From the NCBI GenBank assembly GCA_963693365.1, contig CAVNZM010000010.1, forward strand, positions 1,922,001 to 1,986,000: DNA of 64,000 bases. Reading direction: 5' to 3'. The notes under the pieces were generated by a model. That model saw only the letters and a program-made list of their open reading frames with translations, was not told the origin of the DNA and made no database searches. Positions 1-44,119 of this stretch are shown one piece after another. The stretch's first letter is position 1. Each line of letters opens with the position of its first letter. The stretch comes from Amoebidium appalachense. Taxonomy: Eukaryota > Protista > Ichthyosporea. The position numbers and the translations under genes were made by a program.

Positions 1-132
1 CGAAATGCAACGACAGTTTGATGGTCGCAAAGAAGAAGCTGGAGGTATGATACGAGTCACACACGTGTGCAATACCCCCCGCCCCCACCTCCCCCCCCCC
101 CCCCCCTCCTCCTCCTCCCCACACACACACAT

Positions 133-167
<35 letters not shown>

Positions 168-809
168 AACACACACACACGCACACACACACAGACATAC
201 ACACATACACACACGCACGCACACACACGCACGCACACACACACACGTGCTGACAGTACCAACTTGCTTCCCCCCAACAGGCAAGCGACCCGACCGGTAT
301 CCTTGGTATCAAAGCACTAGCCAATCAAGCAGCAACCCTTCGAACCCAATTGGGAGACATCAACACGATGCTGACCAATGGTGCAACAGATCTCACCAAT
401 CGCCTTTCATCTACTGTCACCGTGCGTATCCCCTTCCCTCCCCCCCTCCCCCCCCTCCTCAATGCTTTTTCCACATCATTTCTTTGTGTCCCATTTGTCA
501 TACTCAGCCGCACGCAGCATGTTAAAGAGCGGTGTTTTTCTTTCTTTTTGCCCTTTTTTTTTTCCCTTTCTTTTTTTTTGCATAGGAGTCATAGAAGCCC
601 CCCCAATGAAGGGTTCTGCTCAAGCATCTTCAGCCTGCAAGCCTGTATGTCGCCTTTTGTGTTTTCGTATTTTTGGTATCGAATATATATTAGCTACCAT
701 GATTGCAACTGCCTAATGTATACACCTCGCCCCACCCTCCCCCCCTCTATCCCTACTGTGCATCCTTCACACACCCCCAATCATCGCACTGCATACACAG
801 CAAACAAGG

Positions 810-886
<77 letters not shown>

Positions 887-892
887 ACACAC

Positions 893-942
<50 letters not shown>

Positions 943-978
943 GCGCGTGTGCACACACACACACACGCAAGCACACAT

Positions 979-1029
<51 letters not shown>

Positions 1030-1376
1030 CACCCACACACAAACGCATACACAATCACCGCAGGATGCCAAAGACCGGGTGACCGGACTCAAGAGTGACG
1101 TCATCAACATCAATAGCTCCATCTCGACCCTCAACACAAATCTCCAATCGGACGGCGTGAAGATGGTGAAAGAGGTAAAACAAACAACAAATCGGTTAAC
1201 TTTTGGGATAAGCGTAATATTAGATGCCTTATTGCCTGACGCGGGACCCTATTACCCAATCAAATGTGACATATACTTTGTGGATATGGATACACAAACA
1301 CCCAACATATTCTTTTGGTATTCCCTTGAGTATTCTACCCCTCCCTCCCCCGTCCCCCCCCTTCTCTCCCCCCTTC

Positions 1377-1407
<31 letters not shown>

Positions 1408-1446
1408 CACCCGGCCCCCCCCAGGTCTGCCCTCATCCCCCTCTCC

Positions 1447-1494
<48 letters not shown>

Positions 1495-2019
1495 ACGCAC
1501 TCATTACCACGAACACTCCCACTAACCAAACCCCTCCCTCCCCCCCCCCCCCCCCCCCCCCATTTTGCAGCGTGCATATGCCTTTGTGGACCGGGTGCTT
1601 GGCAACGTGACGTCACTGGTTAATGACGTCACAGACTATGTGGAGCACGACATGATGCAGTGCAGGGTGCGTGTTTCCATCTTCTCAATGCTTTTCTATT
1701 CCCCCTTCCCCTCACCCCCTCCCTTTTTTTTTTTTTTTTTTTTTTTTGTGGGGCGGGGGGAGGGGGGGAGGGGGGGTCAGTGGCCGAGGGGCAGGCAGTT
1801 AACGACAATGGGGGGGTGGGGTGGGGTGGGGGGGGGGGTTTACTAGACAGTTACTCAGTCACTGATGTAAAAGTTTGAGTGTTATTGAGTTATTGGCTTT
1901 GCATTCTTTGTTTGAATGATACAAATTCGACCACAAGCGCCATGCTAACCCGTCTTGTTGCAGTTCATTCCAACCCTGCTTGAAAGTACCACCGGCCTAG
2001 TGTGCAACTATTGGAAGTA

Positions 2020-2058
<39 letters not shown>

Positions 2059-2724
2059 ACTCCCTAAGCCGGACCCACCTCTACTTCTCCCTCCCATTCA
2101 TTGGAACTCCAACCCTCCTTAGCCACGACAGGCACTCAACTTTCCCCATAGTTCTACCATCCCCCTCTCGCCCCTCTGGATTTTTAGGCTTTCACCCAAT
2201 TTGATGTCAGATTCATTCTGAAGCCATCGCGCTCTCATTGGCATGTACTTTGGACAAAAGTAGAGACACATTTATACTCTAGGCACATGTATCCACAGTC
2301 ACGGGGAGGCACTCATATTTATGCTAGGCACATGTATCCACAGTCACGGGGAGGCACTCATTAACCGCGCACATGTGAGCACACATGCCGTACACATTCA
2401 TGCACGTTGAACGAACACCCACACGCACATACACACACAGGCACGCAAGCATGCACACCTGTACGAGCACACACACACATTCACACACACACACATACCA
2501 AGCAATCTGTTTCACAAGTGAACTCGTGCTAATAACACCTCTTCCCACCTTCCAGCACAAACCCCACCTACTAATGTTAAACTGTTTAAAAAACTCAGGC
2601 CCAGTGTTGAGGCCATGTGGGTGTTCAGTGCCAGCACGATGCTCTTCTGTGTGTTCCAAATCATCGTCGCCCTCAAACTCTCAAAGTACTTCAAGAAGCA
2701 GGTCATCAGCCCGGAGGATGCAAG
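1..2724 (+). CDS. Prominin (CD133)-like pentaspan membrane protein, 3' exons (gene starts upstream of the window; last exon(s) unresolved, possibly 3115-3135 and 3407 onward)
   Basis: GT-AG exons in consistent phase: <1-44, 281-421, 1064-1174, 1571-1666, 1964-2016, 2599-2724. They join to ...[84 protein letters not shown]. This fits the prominin C-terminal layout: helical loop with N-glycosylation sequons, a Cys pair, then the last TM helix followed by KL(A/S)KY(Y/F). Confidence 0.75.
2279..2362. repeat. Short tandem duplication (~45-bp period) in an intron
   Basis: ctaggcacatgtatccacagtcacggggaggcactcat occurs at 2279 and again at 2324. Confidence 0.9.
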
Positions 2725-2886
2725 GTACGCTCTCTCTCATTGGTCCAAAATCATGTGTCAACCTCCACACACACACACACACACGTCTTTCCCCTCCTTT
2801 GGGCTCTGCCACTGCAATTTTGGAAGTGCATCGGTGTTTGATATCCGCAACCTTCGTCGAAAAACTTTGCGCCGTGCTGTTTCGAG

Positions 2887-2919
<33 letters not shown>

Positions 2920-4224
2920 CCTTTGTTGAGAGGGCGGCCGAGGGGGGGGGGGGGGGGGGGGGTTGTATCTATCCATTTTGAGATCTGATTTGGGGTTGGA
3001 GCCGGAGCAAACCATTTTCCTCGGTTTGGGTGTCATTTGCTGAAATACGGGACCAACAGGGAGGAGAAGCTTGGGCACATTTACAACATCAACTCATCAA
3101 CACCACCCACCAAGAGAGCAAAGGACTCGAAAAAGGTTCGTCACTCCTCCATGCATGCATCTAACCCCCCCCCCCCCCCCCCCCCCTCCCTCCTCCCCCC
3201 TTCCCCCCGCCCTTTTCCCCTCACCTCCCCTTTTCCCCCCCTTCCAGACACACTGTGACACCTGTACACTATCAAATGATCACTCTCCTTGTCACCCCCC
3301 CCCCCCCCCCCCCCTCTCCCTCTCCCCCCCCTCCCCCCACCCCTTTTCCCCCCACCATGCACCACCACCAAACCACTACAACCCCTCAAGAACAGTAATT
3401 CAACAGACTTCGTCCTACCACAACTCAAAATATCAAAAGTAGCGTGAAATGCATAGATGAGCTGTTCAGCCCAAAAAATACGATTTCTGAAAAATATATT
3501 GGAAATGTACACAGGCGCACACAAAAACCACCCTCGTCCGTTATGACATTCCCTTCTCCCTCTTCATAATCTAACTTTACTCCTTACTAGCACCCGCCCC
3601 CCTTCCCCCTCCTCCCTCCACACCCCCTCCCCCCCCCCCCCCCCCTCCCACACACACACACACAAATACTGTACACACACACACTGCACCCGCCCCCCCC
3701 CCCCCCCCCCCCCCCCCTCCCGCCCTTTTGGGCGAAAAAAAAACAAAATAAAACAGGTCAAGGGACCCGATGCCACATCATCAATGACTCTGAGTAAGGC
3801 CGCATGAAGGAGCAGTCACCTTTGGTGCAATTTTTTTTAAGGAACCATTTTGCCCAGTTTGGGCTTGGATATATCATTTAGTAATATCTCTTTGCTGGAT
3901 TCTACCCTTTATCAGTGACTCCATGGAACTGATTCGGTGCTTCCTTCTATCAATTTGTTGTTGTTTTTGAATTCTATAGTAGCCACAGTGTTTAAGGAAA
4001 CTGCGTCATGCTGGTGTTATGTGAGTGGAAAGATTGTGTGATCTGAGCAAAACGGTATGAATTTTTAGTGCAAGTGCTGGCTTGGACATGCACGCAGAAA
4101 GACGTACTCATCAGTGCAGGTGTGCAATCTGTGACCTCTTGCTCACTCAGAGACTCTTTAGTTGTTGAACGGTGCTAGAAGAATTAATGAATGTTTTACG
4201 TTTAGGTACTTTGAATGTGGAGCA

Positions 4225-4310
4225 CTACGGCTAACGCTCTTAGCTCTTTTTAACGAACTTTTTTTAATCCTACGGCTAACGCTCTTAGCTCTTTTTGACG
4301 AGCTTTTTTT
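4225..4310. repeat. Short tandem duplication (~45-bp period)
   Basis: ctacggctaacgctcttagctctttt(t)...cttttttt(t)aa occurs twice, near 4225 and 4270. Confidence 0.85.
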
Positions 4311-4586
4311 AAATGTAGCTGTGATCACTGTGGTATTAATGTCAAACAGCCAAGTGACTATAGATTCCTGTCTTTTTTAGGTACTTGTACTTGATTTTTT
4401 CTCAGGCTAAGACAATGGCCATAACTTAGTATTAGCATAAACGTTGTGATCTGTGTGTGTGTGGAACAAAGTTGATTTTAAGCTAGCCTATAACGAGCAG
4501 TACATGGGTGGCACCTGCCGTGTATGAGACTAAATAAACTTTTTGTTTCATCCGGGTGGTTGCGTGAAGCCCCTTCCCTTAGGACT

Positions 4587-4850
4587 CCACCGTGCGAACT
4601 GGACTTCTGGTTTGAAAACCGAGAAAATGACTTCGAAATATGATGTCGACAGATTGAAACCCGTCGACGTCGCAGATATCATCAAGGTGGACCCTGCGTA
4701 TCTCATCTGCAACGAAACCACCGTGCGAACTGGACTTCTGGTTTGAAAACCGAGAAAATGACTTCGAAATATGATGTCGACAGATTGAAACCCGTCGACG
4801 TCGCAGATATCATCAAGGTGGACCCTGCGTATCTCATCTGCAACGAAACC
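4587..4850. repeat. Near-perfect 131-bp tandem duplication that frameshifts an intronless ORF fragment
   Basis: ccaccgtgcgaactggacttc...catctgcaacgaaacc is repeated head-to-tail. ORFs 4543-4746 and 4743-5000 share the peptide KTEKMTSKYDVDRLKPVDVADIIKVDPAYLICNET. Confidence 0.92.
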
Positions 4851-5030
4851 GTCATGAACGAACCGCAAGGCAAAAACCTATCAAGAAAAATTGCAACCTT
4901 TTCCGCCAAGCGTATCTGTTTAACGTTCAACCTCTTCCAGTATATTTGGGATGACCGCGCCAAACTAGTGGAAAAGGGGAAACCCGCGGATAGTGATTGA
5001 TTTGTTCGTTATGGTTTTCAATGTTTGACA

Positions 5031-7051
5031 TTTTTTTTATTTTTTATAATGACTTTATTCACGGCTCAGCAAAATAGAAGCCATCGAGATATCACCGATA
5101 TCTCGGAGAAGAAAATACAAAAGCCCTCACTCTCGGATACGGAGGAGATAACGACTTAAATAATCATATCTATCAAGGAATATTCGCAAATATCTCTAAT
5201 ATTCATCCTGCCAATTTGCTCACTCTTTATAAAGTTTTTCTTCATCCATGTTTCGAATATGGCCTCCCGTTACTCTTGTGTGCCCCTCCACGGCAACAGC
5301 GCGCGGCTCTTCGGGAATTCGATTCCTTTCAGTGTGAATTCATCCAGTTTATTTCTCGAACCTCGCGTAGGCATCCTTTGGCGGCTCCCTTGCTGAGTGT
5401 TTTTGGTCTCCCTCCGGCGCGCCAGCGTATGAATGGCTTCGCTTTTGTTTTCATTTGGTTAGGCTTCCTTCTTATCATCCTTTGTTGCAATTCTTTCCTT
5501 CTTTAGCACCTGTTCCCGGCATTTCTAATGTTCGTGCGAAATGTCCTATCCCCAATCTCTCTCCCATTCCGAGATATCCTTTTAAATACTTATCTCCTTT
5601 ATTTTTCTCTTCTACTAGTTATCAGCTTATTTTTCTCTTCTACTAGTTATCAGCAGTATGTTACTTGGTTTCATACTCAATATCCTTTGCTTCATCGTTG
5701 TGATAAAGAGTATCATGGTAGGGCTCTTGAACCTGTGCTTCTTTTTATATTAGAGACTCGTCTATTTTCTTTACAATTGTTGTGTAAATTAGCTACTTAT
5801 ATTTATCCTTCCTCTCGTAAACCTACCACACTTACCGATTTTGCAGTTCTAACCCCCCCTTGTGACATAGCTTGGAAATGATTATTTTGGCGCTGTAACC
5901 TTTGTTTCCATAAATGTTTGTGCCACTTTTGTGCAGAACCTTTTTCTCGTAGACACTTAGATAGATGTATTTATTTATCTCAGATTATTCCGTTAGAAAT
6001 TAAAATAGATAATCCTGCTATTACGTCTATTGACTATCTGTTGAACCACGGTATGTTTAATGAGTTTTCTAGGGTGTATGATTATTTAAGTCGTTATCTC
6101 CTCCGTATCCGAGAGTGAGGGCTTTTGTATTTTCTTCTCCGAGATATCGGTGATATCTCGATGGCTTCTATTTTGCTGAGCATATCAATAAAGTCAATAA
6201 AAAAAATTAAAAAAAATAACCATACACCCTAGAAAACTCGTTAAACATACCGTGGTTCAACACATAGTCAATAGACGTAACTATCAGGATTATCTGAATA
6301 AGCCAGTCTTCTAATTTCTAGCGGAATAATCTGAGATAAATAAATACGTCTATCTAAGTGTTTACGAGAAAAAGGTTCTGCACAAAAGTGGCACAAACAT
6401 TTATGGAAACAAAGGTTACAGCGCCAAAATAAACATTTCCATGGCCAAGCTATATCACAAGAAGGCCGGTTAGAATTGCAAAATAGGTAAGTGTGGTAGG
6501 TTTACGAGAGGAAGCATAAATATCATGTAGCTAATTTACACAACGATTGTAAAGAAAATAGACGAGTATCTAATATAAAAAGAAGCACAGGCGCAAGTGC
6601 GCTACCATGATACTCTTTATCACAACGATGAAGCAAAGGATATTGAGTATGAAACCAAGTAACATACTGCTGATAACTAGTAGAAGAGAAAAATAAAGGA
6701 GATAAGTATTTAAAAGGATATCTCGGAATGGGAGAGAGATTGGGGATAGGACATTTCGCACGAACATTAGAAATGCCGGGAACAGGTGCTAAAGAAGGAA
6801 AGAATTGCAACAAAGGATGATAAGAAGGAAGCCTAACCAAATGAAAACAAAAGCGAAGTCCTAATTCATTCATACGCTGGCGCGCCGGAGGGAGACCAAA
6901 ATCACTCGGCAAGGGAGCCGCCAAAGGATGCCTACGCGAGGTTCAAATAAACTGGATGAATTCACGCTGAAAGGAATCGAATTCCCGAAGAGCCGCGCGC
7001 TGTTGCCGTGGAGGGGCACACAAGAGTAACGGGAGGCCATATTCGAAACAT
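5031..7051 (-). mobile_element. Second copy of the same LINE family on the minus strand, split into 7051-6221 and 5168-5031 by the plus-strand copy
   Basis: 6221-7051 is the reverse complement of ~5249-6080, and 5031-5168 is the reverse complement of ~6077-6215. The two halves rejoin at GTGTATG/ATTATTT. An imperfect target duplication flanks the insert: aaataatcata (5158-5168) and aaataaccata (6214-6224). Confidence 0.85.
5169..6220 (+). mobile_element. 5'-truncated, frameshifted non-LTR retrotransposon (LINE) copy: post-RT region, Cys/His knuckle, 3' UTR with hairpin and A-rich tail
   Basis: Peptide LLTLYKVFLHPCFEYG resembles the LYKxxxRPxLEYG motif that follows LINE RT. The C-terminus reads CHFCAEPFSRRHLDRC...SIDYLLN, with a stop at 6118. 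It is followed by the hairpin cgagatatc-ggt-gatatctcg, AATAAA and an A-rich tail at ~6197-6218. Confidence 0.82.
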
Positions 7052-7694
7052 TTTCTATATTGTATATCTTAGTTGCAAGAATGTTTTTGTAGTTTTTATT
7101 TTGGTAGTTTGAGTTACTATTCCTGCTTTTATTCTTGTTTGTTATTTTCATTTCTGTATTATTGATTTATTTGTTGCTTGGAAATTCTTCTTACTCAACT
7201 AAGTGATCAATCGAAACTTTATCTCCAACTTTCTTCTGTGAAATTTTGTTCTCATATATCCACTTTGACTTTTTGACGTTATGCGCCAGGCTGACTCTGG
7301 TAACGGTTCTTCTTTTATATCAGTGCATCACCTGATTTCATTACCACTGGCTCTAGATTTGAGAGAACACAGATACTTTATTATTTTTTTCTTTCTCTGT
7401 TTGTTCTGTTTCTCCGAGATCTCTCTTTCAGGGCTTTCCTCTTAGCAGTTTTGCCTGTCTATGAAAGGATTAATGAAATAACAAGAGCAACATTTATGAA
7501 TGCATCATTAACATATACTTCAAGGACGCGGTTCGCAGTTGGAGTTTCTACCTTCTGTTTCCTTCGTCCCTGTTCTGTCCTGAACTGGTTTCAGGACCAA
7601 CATCATGGAAGATTTATTTTTTGTCATTATTTCCCCGTTCCCATTACATGCTGACGTCATAATGACGTCATACCCATCTTCTCTCCCCCCCCCC

Positions 7695-7725
<31 letters not shown>

Positions 7726-7755
7726 ACAGCCCGACCATTTTTATGTGTTCTGGCC

Positions 7756-7793
<38 letters not shown>

Positions 7794-8398
7794 TCCTTCT
7801 CTGGCTCACAGGGGAGCCGTGAGGAGGGGAGAGGGAGAGGATCCCCCCCCCCCCCCCCCAACACACACACACAATATATTGGTTTCCTTTTAACTGTCCG
7901 TCTTGTACCCCAATCAGTCCGGAAAGCTGCTCTCACATGCACCCACCCACCCACCCACCCACACGCACGCACACGCACACACGCACACGCACACGCGCAC
8001 ACACATAAAACAAGAAAAATTAACAAGAAAATATTAAAAACCTTGGAAAAGGGAAAAAACAGATTTTCGATGTCACTGTAAGTTGTTGGTACAACACCCC
8101 CACACTTCACAGCTCATGTAATTCCAAATCAATAGATATCGCACTTCCATAAGGCACCTGCCATCTTCATGGAAGAGCAACACCTGCATCACCCATGTTA
8201 CATAGTTCTTTGTTGATAGTTGTAGTGTCATTCATTCAGGTAATTAATAACTCATGCAATTTACATGGCCAGTGTTCACAAACTAATATAGGAGTTGAAC
8301 GATGTATGCTTGCGTTGCTCCCCATAACACACAAGCAGGGAGCCCACACGTCTAATTGGCTGCCAAAAAACATATCTGCACGGGCGCATCAACACATC

Positions 8399-39782
<31,384 letters not shown>

Positions 39783-40234
39783 GGTGCCTGCTTGATTGCC
39801 CCCGTAGCGGGGTGCGCGAAGGCTAGGAGGTTTTATACTACACTATTGTGTTCATATATAAAACCCACGTTATCCTACACCAGTACCTACACGCACCCAC
39901 TATGTCTGTCCTCTGACAGCCTGATTATACTAAACGGGAGCGCCAACCTAAACAAACAAGCCGATTTACGCAATATGGTGCGTGGTTAACAAATCAAATA
40001 ATGTTATTGTGGAACTTCTGTAAACGCTGCCCATTTACAGATTTCCAAATTTAGGAACCTGGTAAAGCACTAGTGATGGAATTTTGTTATGAAACACCGA
40101 AAAGGCAAAAAAAAAAAAAAAAAAAAAAAAAAGCACATAGAACAAGGTTGCCCCGTGAAAACACTACTAACTTGCAGGCAGGTCTGTGTGGGTAGGTGGG
40201 TAGGTGTTCTCTTCCTTCTTCTTTTTTTTTTTTT

Positions 40235-40280
<46 letters not shown>

Positions 40281-41215
40281 ATAGACAACAGGGTTAGTAT
40301 TTGTGCCTACATAGTGATACTTGGGGGGGGGGGGGGGGGGGAGGAAGGGGGAGGGGGAAAGGGGGGGGGGGGGGGGGGGGGGGGGGAGGCACAGAGGTGG
40401 AGGCTGTTGCAAACCTTGATGGATGTGTTCTATTTCATACAACTATACGTTCAAATGATACAAAAGCAACTAATGGAAATCACGGGCCGACCACAGGGCA
40501 GCCACTCTGCACAGGTAGGAAAATGATGAACACTGCTTATAACATACGGCAAACCGAATTGCAGTTTGAGCACATTTTTTTTTTTTGGCCCTTTCTGTTT
40601 TTTTCCATTTCTTTCTTTCTTTCTTTCTATCTTTTTTTCTTTTTTTTTTTTTTTGCCCCCTGGTGGTACTTCTTTTGTTTTGCGCGTCTGGAGGGGTTAA
40701 GTTATTAACTATAAGGGGGGTGTGTGTGTGTGTTGGGGAGGGGGGGAGGAGGCGGGGAGGGGGGGGGGGGGGGGGGGGGGGGGGGTGTTTACGGTGCAGC
40801 TGCTGCCAGTATACCTAGACTCTGATTGCCAGGTAACCGTACTGAACCGAACGAATTCGGCACCCAAATTGATATCGATATCTGCACGGTGAAATTCTGC
40901 AAAAAAACAAACCGCATTTGAGTTCATTTGAGTATTAGGTCGACATTGTGTAGTCTATTTGAACACCGTGTTGTTTAACTAGCTGTCTTAGATGCGATGG
41001 AAGCAATGTCATGGGGGGACAAGGAACTTTAGTCACCCCCGGGGGAGAGAGGAGGAGGGGGGGGGGGGGGGGCTGGGGGGGAATAATCACTGGCATGCAC
41101 CGGGTGGCAAAGGCTGTATTCTAAAGCAATTCGTTTCAAAATCCAAACTCCCCATTCACTGATGGTGGGCATACATACGGTTATTTGTGGCCCATTTTTT
41201 TAGGGGGAAAGGGGG

Positions 41216-41263
<48 letters not shown>

Positions 41264-41699
41264 TAGAGAGATGTTCTACCGCGTGGGGTTCATGCGCTGT
41301 ACAGTGCAAGGCACCCTGTTGGCATTTACGCCGATATATATCCCGCCTTTTTTTTTAAGTCTTAGTACAAGTATGAAATGTAGGGTATCTGATTCTGGGC
41401 TGGCCATGCATGCATGTGCACCGGGTTTTTCACGTGCGCACATGCATCACTTGGTCCCTACAGCAGGAGGAACTGTAGGCATGCCTTGTTTCGGCTTCTC
41501 AAATGAAAAGGTTGTATCTTAGCCTTTGCCTTTTCTTCTTCTAGTGATATGCCGTGGGGGGGAAAAAAATTATTGCTGTCAATTGTAACTGGTTAAGTCG
41601 GCATTAAAGCAGTGGTTTTCGAATTTCAAGTGCCCGCACCACACCGTACAAAAACTTTCCTGAGATACACTAATATGCGGCCGTGCTACATACATATAG

Positions 41700-41753
<54 letters not shown>

Positions 41754-42343
41754 ACCCATCTCCTCCCCCCACCAATCCCTTCCCCCCCCCCTCCCCCCCC
41801 CCCCCCCCCCCCCCCCCACACACACACATCGTCCAACACCACCCACCCCTCCCTTCCCCCCACCCTCCCAGCCCCCCCCCTCCCCCCCCTCCCCCCCCCC
41901 CCCCCCCCCCCACCACCACCACCACCACCACCACCCCACGTGCACCCACCCACTGGTGGGGTAGGGGGTACTGGGGGGGGTGGAGGGAGCCAAAGGAAGG
42001 GGAGGGGAAAATATCCGTCTGTGCAGTCAGCAGTACCTTGCATGACACCCGTCAAATAATTTGAAATAGGAGGCACCTAAAAGCATAGTAAAGATTTCTT
42101 TTGCACTTGTCTTACTTGAATGTATTTGATATATAATTACTTATTGAAGTTTAAGCCTCCGTGTTTCAAACTGAAGGTTTTGTGTTGGAATGTTTTCTGT
42201 TGCAGTTATTTGTTCAAACTGTTCGATCTTTGCCGTAGCTGATTGATTGCCTTGCGCCCTTTTGTTTGCGTGCATACACATTCACTCACACACACAGAAG
42301 TGAAATATACACACACTGTACGCGACACACACGCACACGCAAC

Positions 42344-42408
<65 letters not shown>

Positions 42409-42532
42409 GTGAAATATACACACACTGTACGTGACACACACGCACACACACACACACACACACACAGGCACACACACACACAAAACACACACGCACACAC
42501 ACCCACACATACACAAACACACACAAACCCTG

Positions 42533-42595
<63 letters not shown>

Positions 42596-43020
42596 CTGGC
42601 ACACACACACATACACACACGCACGTGCGCGCACGCCAGCACCACAGACACAGAGCCTTAAGGGGGGGGGGGGGGGGGGGGGGGAGGGGTGATACACGCA
42701 CTGTTACTAACACCTTCCACGCTTGCACACAGATTTGATATGGACACCCACGCACAAACGGAAGGCGCCGGCCTTGCCATGGCCACACTTGCGTCCAAAA
42801 CTACACACTTAGTAACGTTGGGAACTCATTCGCAGCGTTATTCGTATGGTAGGAGAAGTGAACTCTTCCGTTCGTTCTGCAGCTGCATAGTGCACCAAAA
42901 CTACAAAAAACGAAACTAATATCCGCTGCATTTAACTATCATATGGCATATGGGCCGTGTACACAGAGAGGTCAGGTATGTGTCCCCCCCCCCCCCCCCC
43001 CCCCACCCCCCCCCCTCCCC

Positions 43021-43069
<49 letters not shown>

Positions 43070-43141
43070 CCCCCCTATCCCCTCCCCCCTCTCCCCCTCT
43101 CCCCCCTCCCTCCATTCCCCCCAGCCTCTTACTATTCTCCC

Positions 43142-44087
43142 CAAGGCCAGCTGCAGTAGCCCCAAAAAACGTAATTATTTTCAAACAAAAGAACCGCCAG
43201 CACGGTACTATTTAACTTGTAGCGTGGCACACTCAGTATCTCAATATACCCTCTGGATACACAATCAATTTGTCAACTATTTGCACTAATAAAAATGCAC
43301 ATACACACGCACTGTTTTGAAATAAATAAACAAACAAAAAGTGGTCAGCTGTACAGTACTGTAATGTTTTGCTTCACGTCAAATACATGCATTGTTATCA
43401 AGATTCATATCATAGTATGGAGGCATAGATACTACCAGCTGAGGACAAGCTCGGAGGCCGGGGGGGCCTCTCTCGAGCCCGTTCCACTGGGATTAACAGG
43501 AAGAGATAACACCGGACTCTGATTGGTTCGCAACCGTCACTTCATTCATCCATTTGTCGAATGATTGACTTGTACGATCATTGGGGAAAGGTGTGTGTGT
43601 GTGTGTGTGTTTGTCAAGGCCAGCTGCAGTAGCCCCAAAAAACGTAATTATTTTCAAACAAAAGAACCGCCAGCACGGTACTATTTAACTTGTAGCGTGG
43701 CACACTCAGTATCTCAATATACCCTCTGGATACACAATCAATTTGTCAACTATTTGCACTAATAAAAATGCACATACACACGCACTGTTTTGAAATAAAT
43801 AAACAAACAAAAAGTGGTCAGCTGTACAGTACTGTAATGTTTTGCTTCACGTCAAATACATGCATTGTTATCAAGATTCATATCATAGTATGGAGGCATA
43901 GATACTACCAGCTGAGGACAAGCTCGGAGGCCGGGGGGGCCTCTCTCGAGCCCGTTCCACTGGGATTAACAGGAAGAGATAACACCGGACTCTGATTGGT
44001 TCGCAACCGTCACTTCATTCATCCATTTGTCGAATGATTGACTTGTACGATCATTGGGGAAAGGTGTGTGTGTGTGTGTGTGTTGTG
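43142..44087. repeat. Apparently identical 473-bp direct tandem duplication
   Basis: caaggccagctgcagtagcccc... starts at 43142 and again at 43615. The ORF-track peptides at 43295-43522 and 43768-43995 are identical. Confidence 0.95.
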
Positions 44088-44088
44088 T

Positions 44089-44119
<31 letters not shown>

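Noticed and set aside
4090-4125. Minus-strand CTGATGAG followed by a short stem (hammerhead-like)
   Set aside because: There is no GAAA after stem II and no convincing stems I or III.
5031-6220. DNA transposon or DIRS-like element with ~135-bp terminal inverted repeats
   Set aside because: The left 'TIR' is the displaced 3' end of the minus-strand LINE copy that continues at 6221, so nesting explains the pattern.
43395-43525. U3 or C/D-box snoRNA (TGAGGA...CTGA with internal hairpin)
   Set aside because: It lacks a proper box A/B/C and a terminal stem. The sequence reads at least as well as a minus-strand exon.
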